In this document: in pieces, positions 52,137 through 61,616 of the stretch
How the letters are laid out: every line of letters starts with the position of its first letter
Numbering within the stretch: the first letter of the stretch is position 1
Source: an uncultured Dietzia sp.
Lineage (GTDB): Bacteria > Actinomycetota > Actinomycetes > Mycobacteriales > Mycobacteriaceae
Direction of reading: 5' to 3'
DNA length: 64,000 bases
NCBI RefSeq assembly: GCF_937873725.1
Contig: NZ_CALMYY010000030.1
Location: 2,157 to 66,156 of the forward strand
Notes under the pieces: generated by a model
Seen by the model: only the letters and a program-made list of their open reading frames with translations
Told to the model about the DNA's origin: nothing
The model's database searches: none
Made by a program: the position numbers and the translations under genes

Positions 52137-52323
52137 ACCCGACACGCCCGCGCGCTTCGTGGCCGCGCGGGGCCGCTGCGCTTAGCGTGTGTCCCGACGG
52201 CGGAAACGGCCCCTGACCAGCAAGTTTAACCCTCTAGTAGAGGGTGAGACTTGAGGCTCCGGGTGGGTTCGCCGAGACAGCACTCAACCGCGCACGACAC
52301 CCCCATAGGAAGGCCGGGCCTCG

Positions 52324-53517
52324 ATGAGCTCACCGCACAACTACCTCGCAGTCATCAAGGTCGTCGGGATCGGCGGCGGCGGCGTCAACGCCGTCAACCG
52401 GATGATCGACGAGGGCCTCAAGGGCGTCGAGTTCATCGCGGTGAACACCGACGCGCAGGCCCTGCTCATGTCCGACGCCGACGTCAAGCTGGACGTGGGC
52501 CGGGAGTTGACCCGCGGGCTGGGGGCCGGCGCGGACCCGGAGGTCGGCCGCAAGGCCGCCGAGGACCACAAGGACGAGATCGAGGAGGTCCTCAAGGGCG
52601 CCGACATGGTCTTCGTCACCGCCGGCGAGGGCGGCGGCACCGGCACCGGCGGCGCGCCCGTCGTCGCGGCCATCGCGCGCAAGCTCGGCGCTCTGACCGT
52701 CGGCGTTGTCACCCGCCCGTTCTCCTTCGAGGGCAAGCGTCGCGGCGGACAGGCCGACACCGGCATCGACCAGTTGCGCGAGGCCTGCGACACGCTCATC
52801 GTGATCCCCAACGACCGGCTCCTGCAGCTCGGCGACGCGGGCGTGTCCATGATGGAGGCCTTCAAGACCGCCGACGAGGTCCTGCTCAACGGCGTCCAGG
52901 GCATCACCGACCTCATCACCACCCCCGGCGTGATCAACGTCGACTTTGCCGACGTCAAGGGCGTCATGTCCGGCGCCGGCAGCGCGCTCATGGGCATCGG
53001 CTCCTCGCGCGGCGAGGGGCGCGCGTTCAAGGCCGCCGAGGCCGCGATCAACTCGCCGCTGCTCGAGACCACGATGGAGGGCGCCAAGGGCGTGCTCATG
53101 TCCATCGCCGGCGGCAGCGACCTCGGCCTGTTCGAGATCAACGAGGCCGCGACGCTCGTCCAGGAGGAGGCGCACCCCGACGCCAACATCATCTTCGGCA
53201 CCGTCGTGGACGACTCCCTGGGCGACGAGGTCCGCGTGACCGTCATCGCCGCCGGGTTCGAGGGCGGCTCCCGCCAGGTCGGCGCGGGTGGGGGCCAGTC
53301 GCGCCGCGGCCGCCACCACATCGACGACGACGAGTCGGTCCCCGGAGCCTCCGGCGACACCGCAGGTGCCGCCGGACTCGGATCGACCCCCCTCGACGGG
53401 CGCCGTCGCGAGGAGCACCGCGATGAGCCCGCGACGCATCCCGGATCCGGCGCGGCGGGGTCGCGCCGCCGCGACGAGGACGACGACATCGACGTCCCGC
53501 CCTTCATGCGGCACTGA
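52324..53517 (+). CDS. ftsZ: cell division GTPase FtsZ
   Basis: Motifs [22 protein letters not shown] and [13 protein letters not shown], plus the C-terminal [12 protein letters not shown] peptide. Confidence 0.98.
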   Translation: MSSPHNYLAVIKVVGIGGGGVNAVNRMIDEGLKGVEFIAVNTDAQALLMSDADVKLDVGRELTRGLGAGADPEVGRKAAEDHKDEIEEVLKGADMVFVTAGEGGGTGTGGAPVVAAIARKLGALTVGVVTRPFSFEGKRRGGQADTGIDQLREACDTLIVIPNDRLLQLGDAGVSMMEAFKTADEVLLNGVQGITDLITTPGVINVDFADVKGVMSGAGSALMGIGSSRGEGRAFKAAEAAINSPLLETTMEGAKGVLMSIAGGSDLGLFEINEAATLVQEEAHPDANIIFGTVVDDSLGDEVRVTVIAAGFEGGSRQVGAGGGQSRRGRHHIDDDESVPGASGDTAGAAGLGSTPLDGRRREEHRDEPATHPGSGAAGSRRRDEDDDIDVPPFMRH

Positions 53518-53525
53518 GCCCGGGC

Positions 53526-54248
53526 ATGGGCCCACAGGGTCCCGGGCGCGTCCGCCGGGTGGTCACCGACCGCCGCGGCGGAGCGTCCTCGGGAGATTTC
53601 GACTCGTTCAACCTCGGCGACCACGTGGGGGACTCGCCCGCCGCGGTGGCCACGAACCGGGCCCGCCTCGCCCGCCGGCTCGGGCTCCCGGCCTCCGACG
53701 TGGTGTGGATGGACCAGGTCCACGGCACCCGCATCGCCCGCGTCACCCGCGCGACGGGCGGGCCCGTGCCGGCCACCGACGGGCTGGTCACCGACCGCCC
53801 GGGCCTGGCGCTGGCGGTCCTCACCGCCGACTGCGTGCCGGTCCTCGCCGCCGACGAGCAGGCCGGGGTGATCGGCGCGGTGCACGCCGGGCGCGTGGGC
53901 GCGGTCGGGGGGATCGTCCCCTCGCTGATCGGCGCGATGCGCTCGCTCGGTGCCCGCCCCGACCGGATCACGGTGCTGCTGGGGCCGGCGGCCGCGGGCA
54001 GGCACTACGAACTGCCCGACGACCTCGCCGACGAGGTGGAGGCGGCGCTGCCCGGCAGCCGTACCCGGACCGCCGCGGGCACCGCCGGGGTGGACCTCCG
54101 CGTGGGCATCACCCGCCAGCTCGCCGGGCTGGGCGTGACGCGGGTGGACTCCGATCCGCGCTGCACCATCGCCGACGAGACCCTCTTCTCCTATCGGCGG
54201 CAGGGACGCACCGGCCGACAGGCCAGCGTGATCTGGCGGACCGCCTGA
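53526..54248 (+). CDS. pgeF: peptidoglycan editing factor PgeF (YfiH/polyphenol-oxidase family)
   Basis: His-Cys-His triad context: DQVHGT, TADCVPV and VHAGRVG. Synteny with Rv2149c. Confidence 0.9.
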   Translation: MGPQGPGRVRRVVTDRRGGASSGDFDSFNLGDHVGDSPAAVATNRARLARRLGLPASDVVWMDQVHGTRIARVTRATGGPVPATDGLVTDRPGLALAVLTADCVPVLAADEQAGVIGAVHAGRVGAVGGIVPSLIGAMRSLGARPDRITVLLGPAAAGRHYELPDDLADEVEAALPGSRTRTAAGTAGVDLRVGITRQLAGLGVTRVDSDPRCTIADETLFSYRRQGRTGRQASVIWRTA

Positions 54249-54268
54249 CGGTCCCCGCGGGGACCGTC
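54247..54268. terminator. palindromic hairpin between convergent pgeF and the META lipoprotein gene
   Basis: GACGGTCCCC-GC-GGGGACCGTC gives perfect 10-nt arms. It begins within the pgeF stop codon. Confidence 0.5.
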
Positions 54269-54286
54269 GCGCACCGCGACCGCCCG

Positions 54287-54730
54287 TCAGGCCCGGGCGA
54301 GGGCGCCGATCTCGGCGCCGGCGGCGCTGAAGACGTGCAGCGTGTCGCGGTCGGCCCCGGCGGAGTCGACCCGGGCGGAGTCGACCCGGGCGGAGTCGAG
54401 CCCGGCGAGCCAGGTGTCCACGTCGGGGCAGGCCATCATGGTGGAACCGACGTCCCTGAAGGAGACGGCGTCGCCACCCCGCTCCCAGCGCCCGAACAGT
54501 CGATTGCAGCCGTCGGTGCCGGTGAACGACCCGTCCTCGGAGAGGACCAGCTGCGGCGCGTGCTCGGCGTCGACCCCCCAGGTGCCCACGGCCGGGTCGG
54601 AGGCGGCCTGGTCGGACACCGTGGGATCCGAGGCGGCGGAGCAGGCGGTCAGCAGGAGCGCCGCGGACCCTCCGGCGGCCAAGATCAGCGCCAGCCGCCG
54701 GAGGGTCCGCGGGGTGGGTGTGGGAGACAT
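54287..54730 (-). CDS. META-domain (HslJ-like) lipoprotein
   Basis: 147 aa. Lipobox LLTAC. META-like LSEDGSFTGTDGCNRLFGRWE...FRDVGSTMMACP. Antisense to the surrounding dcw genes. Confidence 0.75.
   Translation of the reverse strand: MSPTPTPRTLRRLALILAAGGSAALLLTACSAASDPTVSDQAASDPAVGTWGVDAEHAPQLVLSEDGSFTGTDGCNRLFGRWERGGDAVSFRDVGSTMMACPDVDTWLAGLDSARVDSARVDSAGADRDTLHVFSAAGAEIGALARA
54361..54405. repeat. 15-bp tandem repeat x3 inside the META lipoprotein gene
   Basis: CGGAGTCGACCCGGG occurs twice, followed by CGGAGTCGAGCCCGG. On the minus strand this encodes (L)DSARVDSARVDSAG. Confidence 0.9.
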
Positions 54731-54844
54731 GACGACACTCCTTGAACGACGCGACCGGGGCCGCGACTCGGTGGTGGCGGCAGGTCCGGGGACTCCGATA
54801 GGTTACCGCCATGTACCGCTGCGATCGCCCGGCCACCGGCGCCC

Positions 54845-55573
54845 ATGACTGATCCCCGGACCCGCGAGCTGTCCGAGCGACTGGCCGAGGCGCGCGGGCG
54901 CCTCGACGCGGCCCTGGCGGCGGCGGGCCGGACCGACGAGGTGGACCTCGTCGTCGTCACCAAGTTCCATCCCGTCGCCGACGTCGCGCGGCTCGCCCGC
55001 CTGGGGGTACGCGACATCGGGGAGAACCGCGTGCAGGAGGCCGCCGCCAAGGTGGCCGACCTGGCGGCCACCGAACCGGCCCTGGCGGCGGGGGTGCGGT
55101 GGAACATGATCGGCCACATCCAGTCCAACAAGGCCGCCGCGGTGGCCGGGTGGGCCGACCGCGTCCATTCGGTGGACTCCGTCAAGGTCGCCGACGGCCT
55201 GGAGAGGGGCCGCGCCCGGGCGGAGGGGGAGCGCGACGGCGTGGGCCCGCTCCCCGTCCTCCTGCAGCTCAGCCTCGACGGCGACACCTCGCGCGGCGGG
55301 GTCGACCGCGGGGACCTGCCCGCCCTCGCCGACCACGTCGCGGGCCTCGCCCACCTACGCCTGGCCGGGCTCATGGTGGTGCCCCCACTCGAGGGGGATC
55401 CGGCCTCCCACTTCGCCGACGCCGCCGGTGTCCGGGAGGCGCTGCGCAGGGATCACCCCGCGGCCGTCGAGTTCTCCGCCGGGATGTCGGGGGATCTGGA
55501 GGCGGCGATCGGCGCGGGTTCGACCTGCGTGCGTGTCGGAACGGCGATCCTCGGGCCCCGGCCAGTAGGTTGA
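54845..55573 (+). CDS. yggS: YggS-family pyridoxal-phosphate homeostasis protein
   Basis: VVVTKFHP (PLP Lys), IGENRVQE and WNMIGHIQSNK. Synteny with Rv2148c. Confidence 0.92.
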   Translation: MTDPRTRELSERLAEARGRLDAALAAAGRTDEVDLVVVTKFHPVADVARLARLGVRDIGENRVQEAAAKVADLAATEPALAAGVRWNMIGHIQSNKAAAVAGWADRVHSVDSVKVADGLERGRARAEGERDGVGPLPVLLQLSLDGDTSRGGVDRGDLPALADHVAGLAHLRLAGLMVVPPLEGDPASHFADAAGVREALRRDHPAAVEFSAGMSGDLEAAIGAGSTCVRVGTAILGPRPVG

Positions 55574-55646
55574 GTCCCAGCCTCGCGGGGAGCGTTCCCG
55601 CGACGACCAGACCGCGACGACCCCGTATCAGGAAGGTCCCCGGAAG

Positions 55647-56345
55647 ATGAGCGCAATCGCCCGGTTCAAGGAGTACTTCGGAATGGCGCCGGTCGCGGCG
55701 TACGAGGACGAGTACCTCGACGACTACGACCGCCCTGTCCACCATGACGTCCGCGGATCCCGTGCCCTGCACGAGACCGACGACCTCGGCCCGGCGGCCC
55801 GCGACCGCCGCGAGGACTACGGCTACGCCGCGGACCGGTTCGCGGACGAGCCGGCCCCCCGCTCGCGGCTCGCCGACGTGGACCAGGCCGAGGTCGCGGC
55901 CGCGGAGCGTCGCGCCCGCGGTCGCCTCGACGAGCCCACCCCCCGCCCGCGCCGCTACCACGCGGCCGAGGCCGGGGCCCGCGCGGCGCTGCGCGGGGTC
56001 CCCGCCACCCGCGGCGCGGTCGCGCTGGCGCCCGAGGAGAACTTCGTCGAGGACGGCCTGGTGACCGTTCCCGAGACCGTGGTCGAGCGCCCCCGCGGCT
56101 TCGGCGACGGCAAGAGCCTGGGCGAGCACTTCCGTGCCGGCCGGGCCGTCGTCCTGGACCTGTCGACCATGGCCTCCGGCGACGCCCGCCGCATGGTGGA
56201 CTTCGCCGCCGGACTGGTGTTCGGCCTCGACGGGCGCATGGAGAAGGTCGCGGACCGCGAGCGGACCTTCCTGCTGCAGCCCGCTGGGATGGACCTCACC
56301 GAGGCCGAGGTCCGCGACGCCGTCAACGGCGCGTTCAGGCGCTGA
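55647..56345 (+). CDS. sepF: cell division protein SepF
   Basis: N-terminal MSAIARFKEYFGM membrane-binding helix, a long acidic/basic linker, and a conserved C-terminal domain ...AVVLDLSTMASGDARRMVDFAAGLVFGLDG.... Confidence 0.92.
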   Translation: MSAIARFKEYFGMAPVAAYEDEYLDDYDRPVHHDVRGSRALHETDDLGPAARDRREDYGYAADRFADEPAPRSRLADVDQAEVAAAERRARGRLDEPTPRPRRYHAAEAGARAALRGVPATRGAVALAPEENFVEDGLVTVPETVVERPRGFGDGKSLGEHFRAGRAVVLDLSTMASGDARRMVDFAAGLVFGLDGRMEKVADRERTFLLQPAGMDLTEAEVRDAVNGAFRR

Positions 56346-56405
56346 GCCCCCGGCGGTGCGGGTGCCGGCGGCGGCGGGAGCCCGGGGTGCCAGTAGGGTT
56401 GTGCC

Positions 56406-56705
56406 GTGCGTGAAACCCTCGTCGTCCTGTACATCATCACCCAGGTCTTCTGGTATCTCCTGCTCGCCAGGATCGTCGTGGAGATGATCGCCTCCTTCTC
56501 CCGTGGCTGGAGCCCCCGCGGCTTCGTCGCCGTGATCCTCGAGTGGTTGTTCACCATCACCGACCCGCCGGTCAAGGCGCTGCGCAAGGTGATCAAGCCG
56601 GTCCGGGTCGGCCAGGTGAGCCTGGACCTGTCCGTGCTGGTCCTGTTCGTGATCATCATCGTGATCCAGCTGATCCTCAGCGGCCTCATGAGGACCGTCG
56701 TGTGA
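56406..56705 (+). CDS. YggT-family membrane protein
   Basis: 99 aa with two or three TM helices. GTG start. Synteny with Rv2146c. Confidence 0.85.
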   Translation: MRETLVVLYIITQVFWYLLLARIVVEMIASFSRGWSPRGFVAVILEWLFTITDPPVKALRKVIKPVRVGQVSLDLSVLVLFVIIIVIQLILSGLMRTVV

Positions 56706-56837
56706 GGCGGATCGCCGGCCGCTGGTGACGCGCGGGCCGAATGTGACTAGATTGGCACGCGTTAAGGTAGTAATGATGTCGTGGGTCCGGTGCGAGAACG
56801 CCGGGCCGGCACCCGAGACGACCACGAGGGGTATCCC

Positions 56838-57743
56838 ATGCGCTTGACTCCAGCCGATGTGCACAACGTCGCGTTCTCCAAGCCGCCGATCGGTAAGCGC
56901 GGCTACAACGAGGACGAGGTCGATCAGTTTCTCGACCTGGTAGAGGAGGAGCTCGGAACCCTCGTCGAGGACAACGACGATCTCCGTCAGCGGGTCGAGG
57001 AGCTGACCAAGGACCTCGAGAAGGCCCGCAAGGCGGCCGACAAGGCCGGCAAGTCCTCCGGTGACTCCGCGGGCGGTTCGGGTGCCGGCCGCGTCGAGCA
57101 GCCGCAGGCCCCCGTGGCCGCCGCCGCCCCGGTGGCCGCCCCGGCCCCGGCCGCGGCGACCCCCTCTCTCGCCAAGACGGACGACGGCGGCGCGGCGAAC
57201 TCCGACACCCACCTGCGCGCCGCCCGCGTCCTCGCGATGGCGCAGGAGATGGCCGACCGGCTCACCGGGGAGGCCAAGAAGGAGTCCGACGGGCTCATGT
57301 CCAAGGCGCGCGGCGAGTCCGACCGCCTGGTCGGCGACGCCAAGACGCAGTCGGAGAAGATGGTCGGCGACGCCCGGAAGGAAGCGGACAAGATCCTCGG
57401 GGACGCCAAGTCCAAGTCGGACGGGATCGTCAAGGACGCCCAGACCCGCTCGGAGCAGCAGATCAAGGAAGCCCAGGCCAAGGCCGACGCCCTGCAGGCG
57501 GACGCGGAGCGCAAGCACACCGAGATCATGGCCACCATCAACCAGCAGCGCGGGGTGCTGGAGGGTCGTATCGACCAGCTGCGGACGTTCGAGAAGGACT
57601 ACCGCAGCCGGCTCACCAGCTACCTGGAGAACCAGCTCTCCGAGCTCGGCAAGTCCGGGTCGGCGGCCCCCGCCGCGTCCGCGGAGAAGGCCGGCGCGCC
57701 CGAGAAGGGCTCCACCAAGGACGGCGGCCACCGGGCCGAGTAA
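56838..57743 (+). CDS. wag31: DivIVA-family polar growth determinant Wag31
   Basis: [35 protein letters not shown] is nearly identical to mycobacterial Wag31 as recalled. The C-terminus is coiled-coil. ATG 56838 follows GAGGGG. Confidence 0.95.
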   Translation: MRLTPADVHNVAFSKPPIGKRGYNEDEVDQFLDLVEEELGTLVEDNDDLRQRVEELTKDLEKARKAADKAGKSSGDSAGGSGAGRVEQPQAPVAAAAPVAAPAPAAATPSLAKTDDGGAANSDTHLRAARVLAMAQEMADRLTGEAKKESDGLMSKARGESDRLVGDAKTQSEKMVGDARKEADKILGDAKSKSDGIVKDAQTRSEQQIKEAQAKADALQADAERKHTEIMATINQQRGVLEGRIDQLRTFEKDYRSRLTSYLENQLSELGKSGSAAPAASAEKAGAPEKGSTKDGGHRAE

Positions 57744-57762
57744 CCCGCCCCACCGTTCGTCC

Positions 57763-57793
57763 GGTCCCCGCCCCTGCCCAGGGTGCGGGGACC
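57763..57793 (+). terminator. hairpin after wag31
   Basis: GGTCCCCGC (57763-57771) pairs with GCGGGGACC (57785-57793) around a 13-nt loop. There is only a weak U-tract (GACGTATATT). Confidence 0.4.
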
Positions 57794-57861
57794 GACGTAT
57801 ATTCGGGGGGCCTGTCCGGACGACATGGGTCCGCCCGGGACCCACTCGTCACGACCGGGTC

Positions 57862-58107
57862 ATGTCGCAACAGCAGGAGGAACGGATGCTCGTCGCCGCG
57901 CTCGGACTGACGATCCTCGGCTTCGCCTTCCTCGTGGCCGCCGTGGCGACGGGCCAGATCGCCTGGGCCTGGGCGTGTATCGGGGTCGGCGCCCTCGGGT
58001 TGTTGCTGCTGGTGATCGACCTGATCCGGGGGCACGGGTCGAAGGGAGACCAGGGCGGCACCCCCTCCGGGGAGCCGGAGGAGGCGGGTGCCCGCGCCGA
58101 CGGGTAG
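57862..58107 (+). CDS. small two-TM membrane protein (Rv2144c position)
   Basis: 81 aa from ATG 57862: MSQQQEERMLVAALGLTILGFAFLVAAVATGQIAWAWACIGVGALGLLLLVIDLIRG.... Confidence 0.6.
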   Translation: MSQQQEERMLVAALGLTILGFAFLVAAVATGQIAWAWACIGVGALGLLLLVIDLIRGHGSKGDQGGTPSGEPEEAGARADG

Positions 58108-58111
58108 CATC

Positions 58112-58388
58112 GGCGACTGTCCGGCCGCGAGCCGGGTGCACCGCGATCCGGCCATCACCGGGGAGTGCTCGGAAGAACGGTCGACCCCGGGTCCAGGGGC
58201 GGCTCAGTAGAACCGAACGGGGGAGCCCGTCACAGCCCGACCCACGAGTGGGCGTCGCACGTCGTCGCCAAACGGGGTGGTACCGCGGACGGATGCGCCA
58301 GTCGTAGCCGGATCGTCCCCGAGCGCAGGCCTGCCGGCCCCACGGGTGCGAACTCGTGCGGGCCCCGTACGCGAGGAGTCCGCCCCAC
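58112..58388 (+). promoter_or_regulatory. T-box leader (Ile-specific, probably translational) of ileS
   Basis: The conserved T-box string GGGTGGTACCGCG is at 58275-58287, and CCCGTCACAGCC is upstream. Candidate AUC specifier codons are at 58146-58148 and 58154-58156. SD GAGGAG (58373-58378) lies 10 nt before ATG 58389. Boundaries are approximate. Confidence 0.75.
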
Positions 58389-61300
58389 ATGAGCCCCGAG
58401 ACCGTGAACCCCGAACCCGCCGCCACGGGTAGCGCGTATCCGATCCTCGACCTCGCCGGCGGGACCATGGCGCAGTCGCCGTCGTTCCCCGCGCTCGAGG
58501 AGACGGTCCTGGCGCGCTGGGACGAGCGGGACACCTTCCGCCAGTCCATCCGCCACCGAGGCGACGCGGAGGAATACGTCTTCTACGACGGGCCCCCGTT
58601 CGCCAACGGCCTGCCCCACTACGGGCACCTGCTCACCGGGTACGTCAAGGACGTCGTCCCCCGCTACCGCACCATGCGCGGGTACAAGGTGGAGCGCCGG
58701 TTCGGCTGGGACTGCCACGGTCTGCCGGCCGAGCTCGAGGCCGAGAAGCAGCTCGGGATCACCGAGAAGTCCCAGATCCTCGACATGGGCCTGGCCCAGT
58801 TCAACGACGCTTGCGAGAAGTCGGTCCTCCAGTACACCGACGAGTGGGAGAAGTACGTCCACCGCCAGGCCCGTTGGGTGGACTTCGAGAACGACTACAA
58901 GACCCTCGACATCGACTTCACCGAATCCGTGCTGTGGGCGTTCAAGCGCCTCTACGACAAGGGACTGGTCTACAAGGGCTTCCGGGTGCTGCCCTACTCG
59001 TGGTACGAGCAGACGCCGCTGTCCAACCAGGAGACCCGCCTGGACGACGCGTACAAGATGCGGCAGGACCCCGCCGTCACCGTCGCCCTCCCGCTGGAGG
59101 CGCCGCAGGACAGCCCGTTCCACGGCGCCGAGGCGCTGGTGTGGACCACCACGCCGTGGACCCTGCCGTCCAACCTCGCCGCCGCCGTGCACCCGGACAT
59201 CGACTACGCGGTGGTCCGGGTCGACTCCGGTGACCTGGCCGGCCGCACGTTCGTCGTGGCCGAGGCCCGCCGCGACGTGTACGCCGCCGAGTTCGGCGCG
59301 GACGCCGAGGTCACGGCCACCGTCAAGGGCACCGAGCTGGTGGGGCTGCGCTACACCCCGCCGTTCGACTTCTTCGCCGGCCACGCGGGTGCGCACGTCG
59401 TGCTGTCGGCCGACTACGTCACCACCGAGTCCGGCACCGGCATCGTGCACCTGGCTCCCGCCTTCGGCGAGGAGGACAAGGACGCGTGCGACGCCGCCGG
59501 AATCGAGTTGGTCATCCCGGTGGGTCCCGACGGCAAGTTCACCTCCGAGGTCCCGCCGTACGCCGGCCAGCTGGTGTTCGACGCCAACACTCCCATCTCG
59601 CGTGACCTGCGCGCGGCGGGCCGGCTGATCCGGCACGAGACCATCGAGCACTCCTACCCGCACTCGTGGCGCTCCGGGCAGCCGCTCATCTACATGGCGC
59701 TGCCGGCGTGGTTCGTCAAGGTCACCGCGTTCCGGGACCGCATGGTCGAGCTCAACCGCGAGCACATCACGTGGATGCCCGAGCACGTCCGCGACGGGCA
59801 GTTCGGGAAGTGGCTCGAGGGTGCCCGCGACTGGAACATCAACCGGAACCGGTACTGGGGGGCGCCGATCCCCGTGTGGGAGTCCGACGACCCGGCCTAC
59901 CCGCGCGTGGACGTCTACGGCTCGCTCGACGAGCTCGAGGCCGACTTCGGGGTGCGGCCGACCGACCTGCACCGCCCGTACATCGACGAGCTCACCCGGC
60001 CCAACCCCGACGACCCGACGGGCAGGTCCACCATGCGTCGGGTGGCGGACGTGTTCGACTGCTGGTTCGAGTCCGGGTCCATGCCGTTCGCCCAGGTCCA
60101 CTACCCGTTCGAGAACAAGGAGTGGTTCGAGACCCACTTCCCGGGCGACTTCATCGTGGAGTACAACGGCCAGACCCGCGGCTGGTTCTACACCATGCAC
60201 GTGCTGGCCACGGCGCTGTTCGACCGCCCGGCGTTCACCCACGTCGCCGCCCACGGGATCGTCCTGGGCAGCGACGGGCTCAAGATGAGCAAGTCCAAGG
60301 GCAACTACCCGGACGTCAACGAGGTGTTCGCCCGCGACGGCTCCGACGCCATGCGCTGGTTCCTCATGAGCTCGCCCATCCTCCGGGGCGGCAACCTCGT
60401 GGTGACCGAGCAGGGCATCCGCGAGGGCGTGCGCCAGGCCATGCTCCCGCTGTGGAACTCGTACAGCTTCTTCCAGCTGTACGCTTCGGAGCGCGCCACG
60501 TGGCGCACGGACTCTCCGCACGTCCTGGACCGCTACATCCTGTCGCGCCTGGCCTCGACCCGCGACGCCATGACCGCGGCCCTGGACGTCACCGACATCG
60601 CCGCCGCCTGCGACGAGCTGCGGCTGTTCGCCGACGCCCTGACCAACTGGTACGTGCGCCGGTCCCGCGCGCGGTTCTGGGCGGGCGAGTCGTCCGGCCA
60701 GGACTCCCGCGACGCGTTCGACACCCTCTACACGGTGCTCGAGACCACCATGCGGCTGGCGGCGCCGCTGCTGCCGCTCATGTCCGAGGTGGTGTGGACC
60801 GGCCTGACCGGCGAGGAGTCGGTGCACCTGGCGGACTGGCCGGCCGCCGACGAGCTGCCCCACGACGCCGGCCTGGTGGAGGCGATGGAGGCCGTGCGCG
60901 ACGTGTGCTCGACCGTGTCCTCGATCCGCAAGGCCAAGAAGCTGCGCGTGCGACTGCCGCTCGGCTCCCTCACCGTGGCCATGCCGGACGCCGGGAAGCT
61001 CGAGCCGTTCGTCGGGATCATCGCCGACGAGGTCAACGTCCGGACGGTGCACCTGACCACCGATGTGGCCGCGCACGGCCGGATGGAGCTGGCCGTCAAC
61101 GCCCGCGCCGCGGGGCCGCGGCTGGGCAAGCAGGTGCAGGCGTGCATCAAGGCCGCCAAGATCGGCGACTGGTCCGAGGTCGACGGGGTGGTGACCGCCG
61201 GCGGCGTGGAGCTGCAGACCGGCGAGTTCGAGCACCGCCTGGTGGCCGCCGACCCGGAGTCCACGGCCGCGCTGCCGGCCGGTGCCGGGCTCGTCGTCCT

Positions 61301-61583
61301 GGACCTCACCGTCACCGAGGAGCTGGAGGCGGAGGGCTGGGCCAAGGACCGGATCCGCGAGATCCAGGAGGCCCGCCGCGGGGCGGGATTCGACATCTCC
61401 GACCGCATCCGGGTCCGCCTGGAGGTCCCGCCGGCCCGCCGGGAGTGGGCCGATCGGCACGCCCGGCTCATCGCCGGCGAGGTGCTGGCGACCGACCTCG
61501 CGGTCGTCGACGCCCTGGACGTCTACGACGGCGACCCGGTCGACCTCGCCGAGGGCGTCAGGATGACGCTGGCGCGGGTCTGA
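58389..61583 (+). CDS. ileS: isoleucine--tRNA ligase
   Basis: Motifs PHYGHLL (HIGH) and KMSKS. About 1064 aa from ATG 58389. N-terminal ...[10 protein letters not shown]... aligns with mycobacterial MTDNAYPKLAGG. Confidence 0.95.
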   Translation: MSPETVNPEPAATGSAYPILDLAGGTMAQSPSFPALEETVLARWDERDTFRQSIRHRGDAEEYVFYDGPPFANGLPHYGHLLTGYVKDVVPRYRTMRGYKVERRFGWDCHGLPAELEAEKQLGITEKSQILDMGLAQFNDACEKSVLQYTDEWEKYVHRQARWVDFENDYKTLDIDFTESVLWAFKRLYDKGLVYKGFRVLPYSWYEQTPLSNQETRLDDAYKMRQDPAVTVALPLEAPQDSPFHGAEALVWTTTPWTLPSNLAAAVHPDIDYAVVRVDSGDLAGRTFVVAEARRDVYAAEFGADAEVTATVKGTELVGLRYTPPFDFFAGHAGAHVVLSADYVTTESGTGIVHLAPAFGEEDKDACDAAGIELVIPVGPDGKFTSEVPPYAGQLVFDANTPISRDLRAAGRLIRHETIEHSYPHSWRSGQPLIYMALPAWFVKVTAFRDRMVELNREHITWMPEHVRDGQFGKWLEGARDWNINRNRYWGAPIPVWESDDPAYPRVDVYGSLDELEADFGVRPTDLHRPYIDELTRPNPDDPTGRSTMRRVADVFDCWFESGSMPFAQVHYPFENKEWFETHFPGDFIVEYNGQTRGWFYTMHVLATALFDRPAFTHVAAHGIVLGSDGLKMSKSKGNYPDVNEVFARDGSDAMRWFLMSSPILRGGNLVVTEQGIREGVRQAMLPLWNSYSFFQLYASERATWRTDSPHVLDRYILSRLASTRDAMTAALDVTDIAAACDELRLFADALTNWYVRRSRARFWAGESSGQDSRDAFDTLYTVLETTMRLAAPLLPLMSEVVWTGLTGEESVHLADWPAADELPHDAGLVEAMEAVRDVCSTVSSIRKAKKLRVRLPLGSLTVAMPDAGKLEPFVGIIADEVNVRTVHLTTDVAAHGRMELAVNARAAGPRLGKQVQACIKAAKIGDWSEVDGVVTAGGVELQTGEFEHRLVAADPESTAALPAGAGLVVLDLTVTEELEAEGWAKDRIREIQEARRGAGFDISDRIRVRLEVPPARREWADRHARLIAGEVLATDLAVVDALDVYDGDPVDLAEGVRMTLARV

Positions 61584-61616
61584 CCCGGCCGGGCCTGATC
61601 CGGGACGGGTGCCGAC

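Noticed and set aside
55371-57845. 824-aa minus-strand ORF opposite sepF-yggT-wag31, and the similar ORF at 52341-54836 opposite ftsZ/pgeF
   Set aside because: They are antisense to highly conserved division genes. Their composition is low-complexity Arg/Gly/Pro. This is a high-GC artefact.
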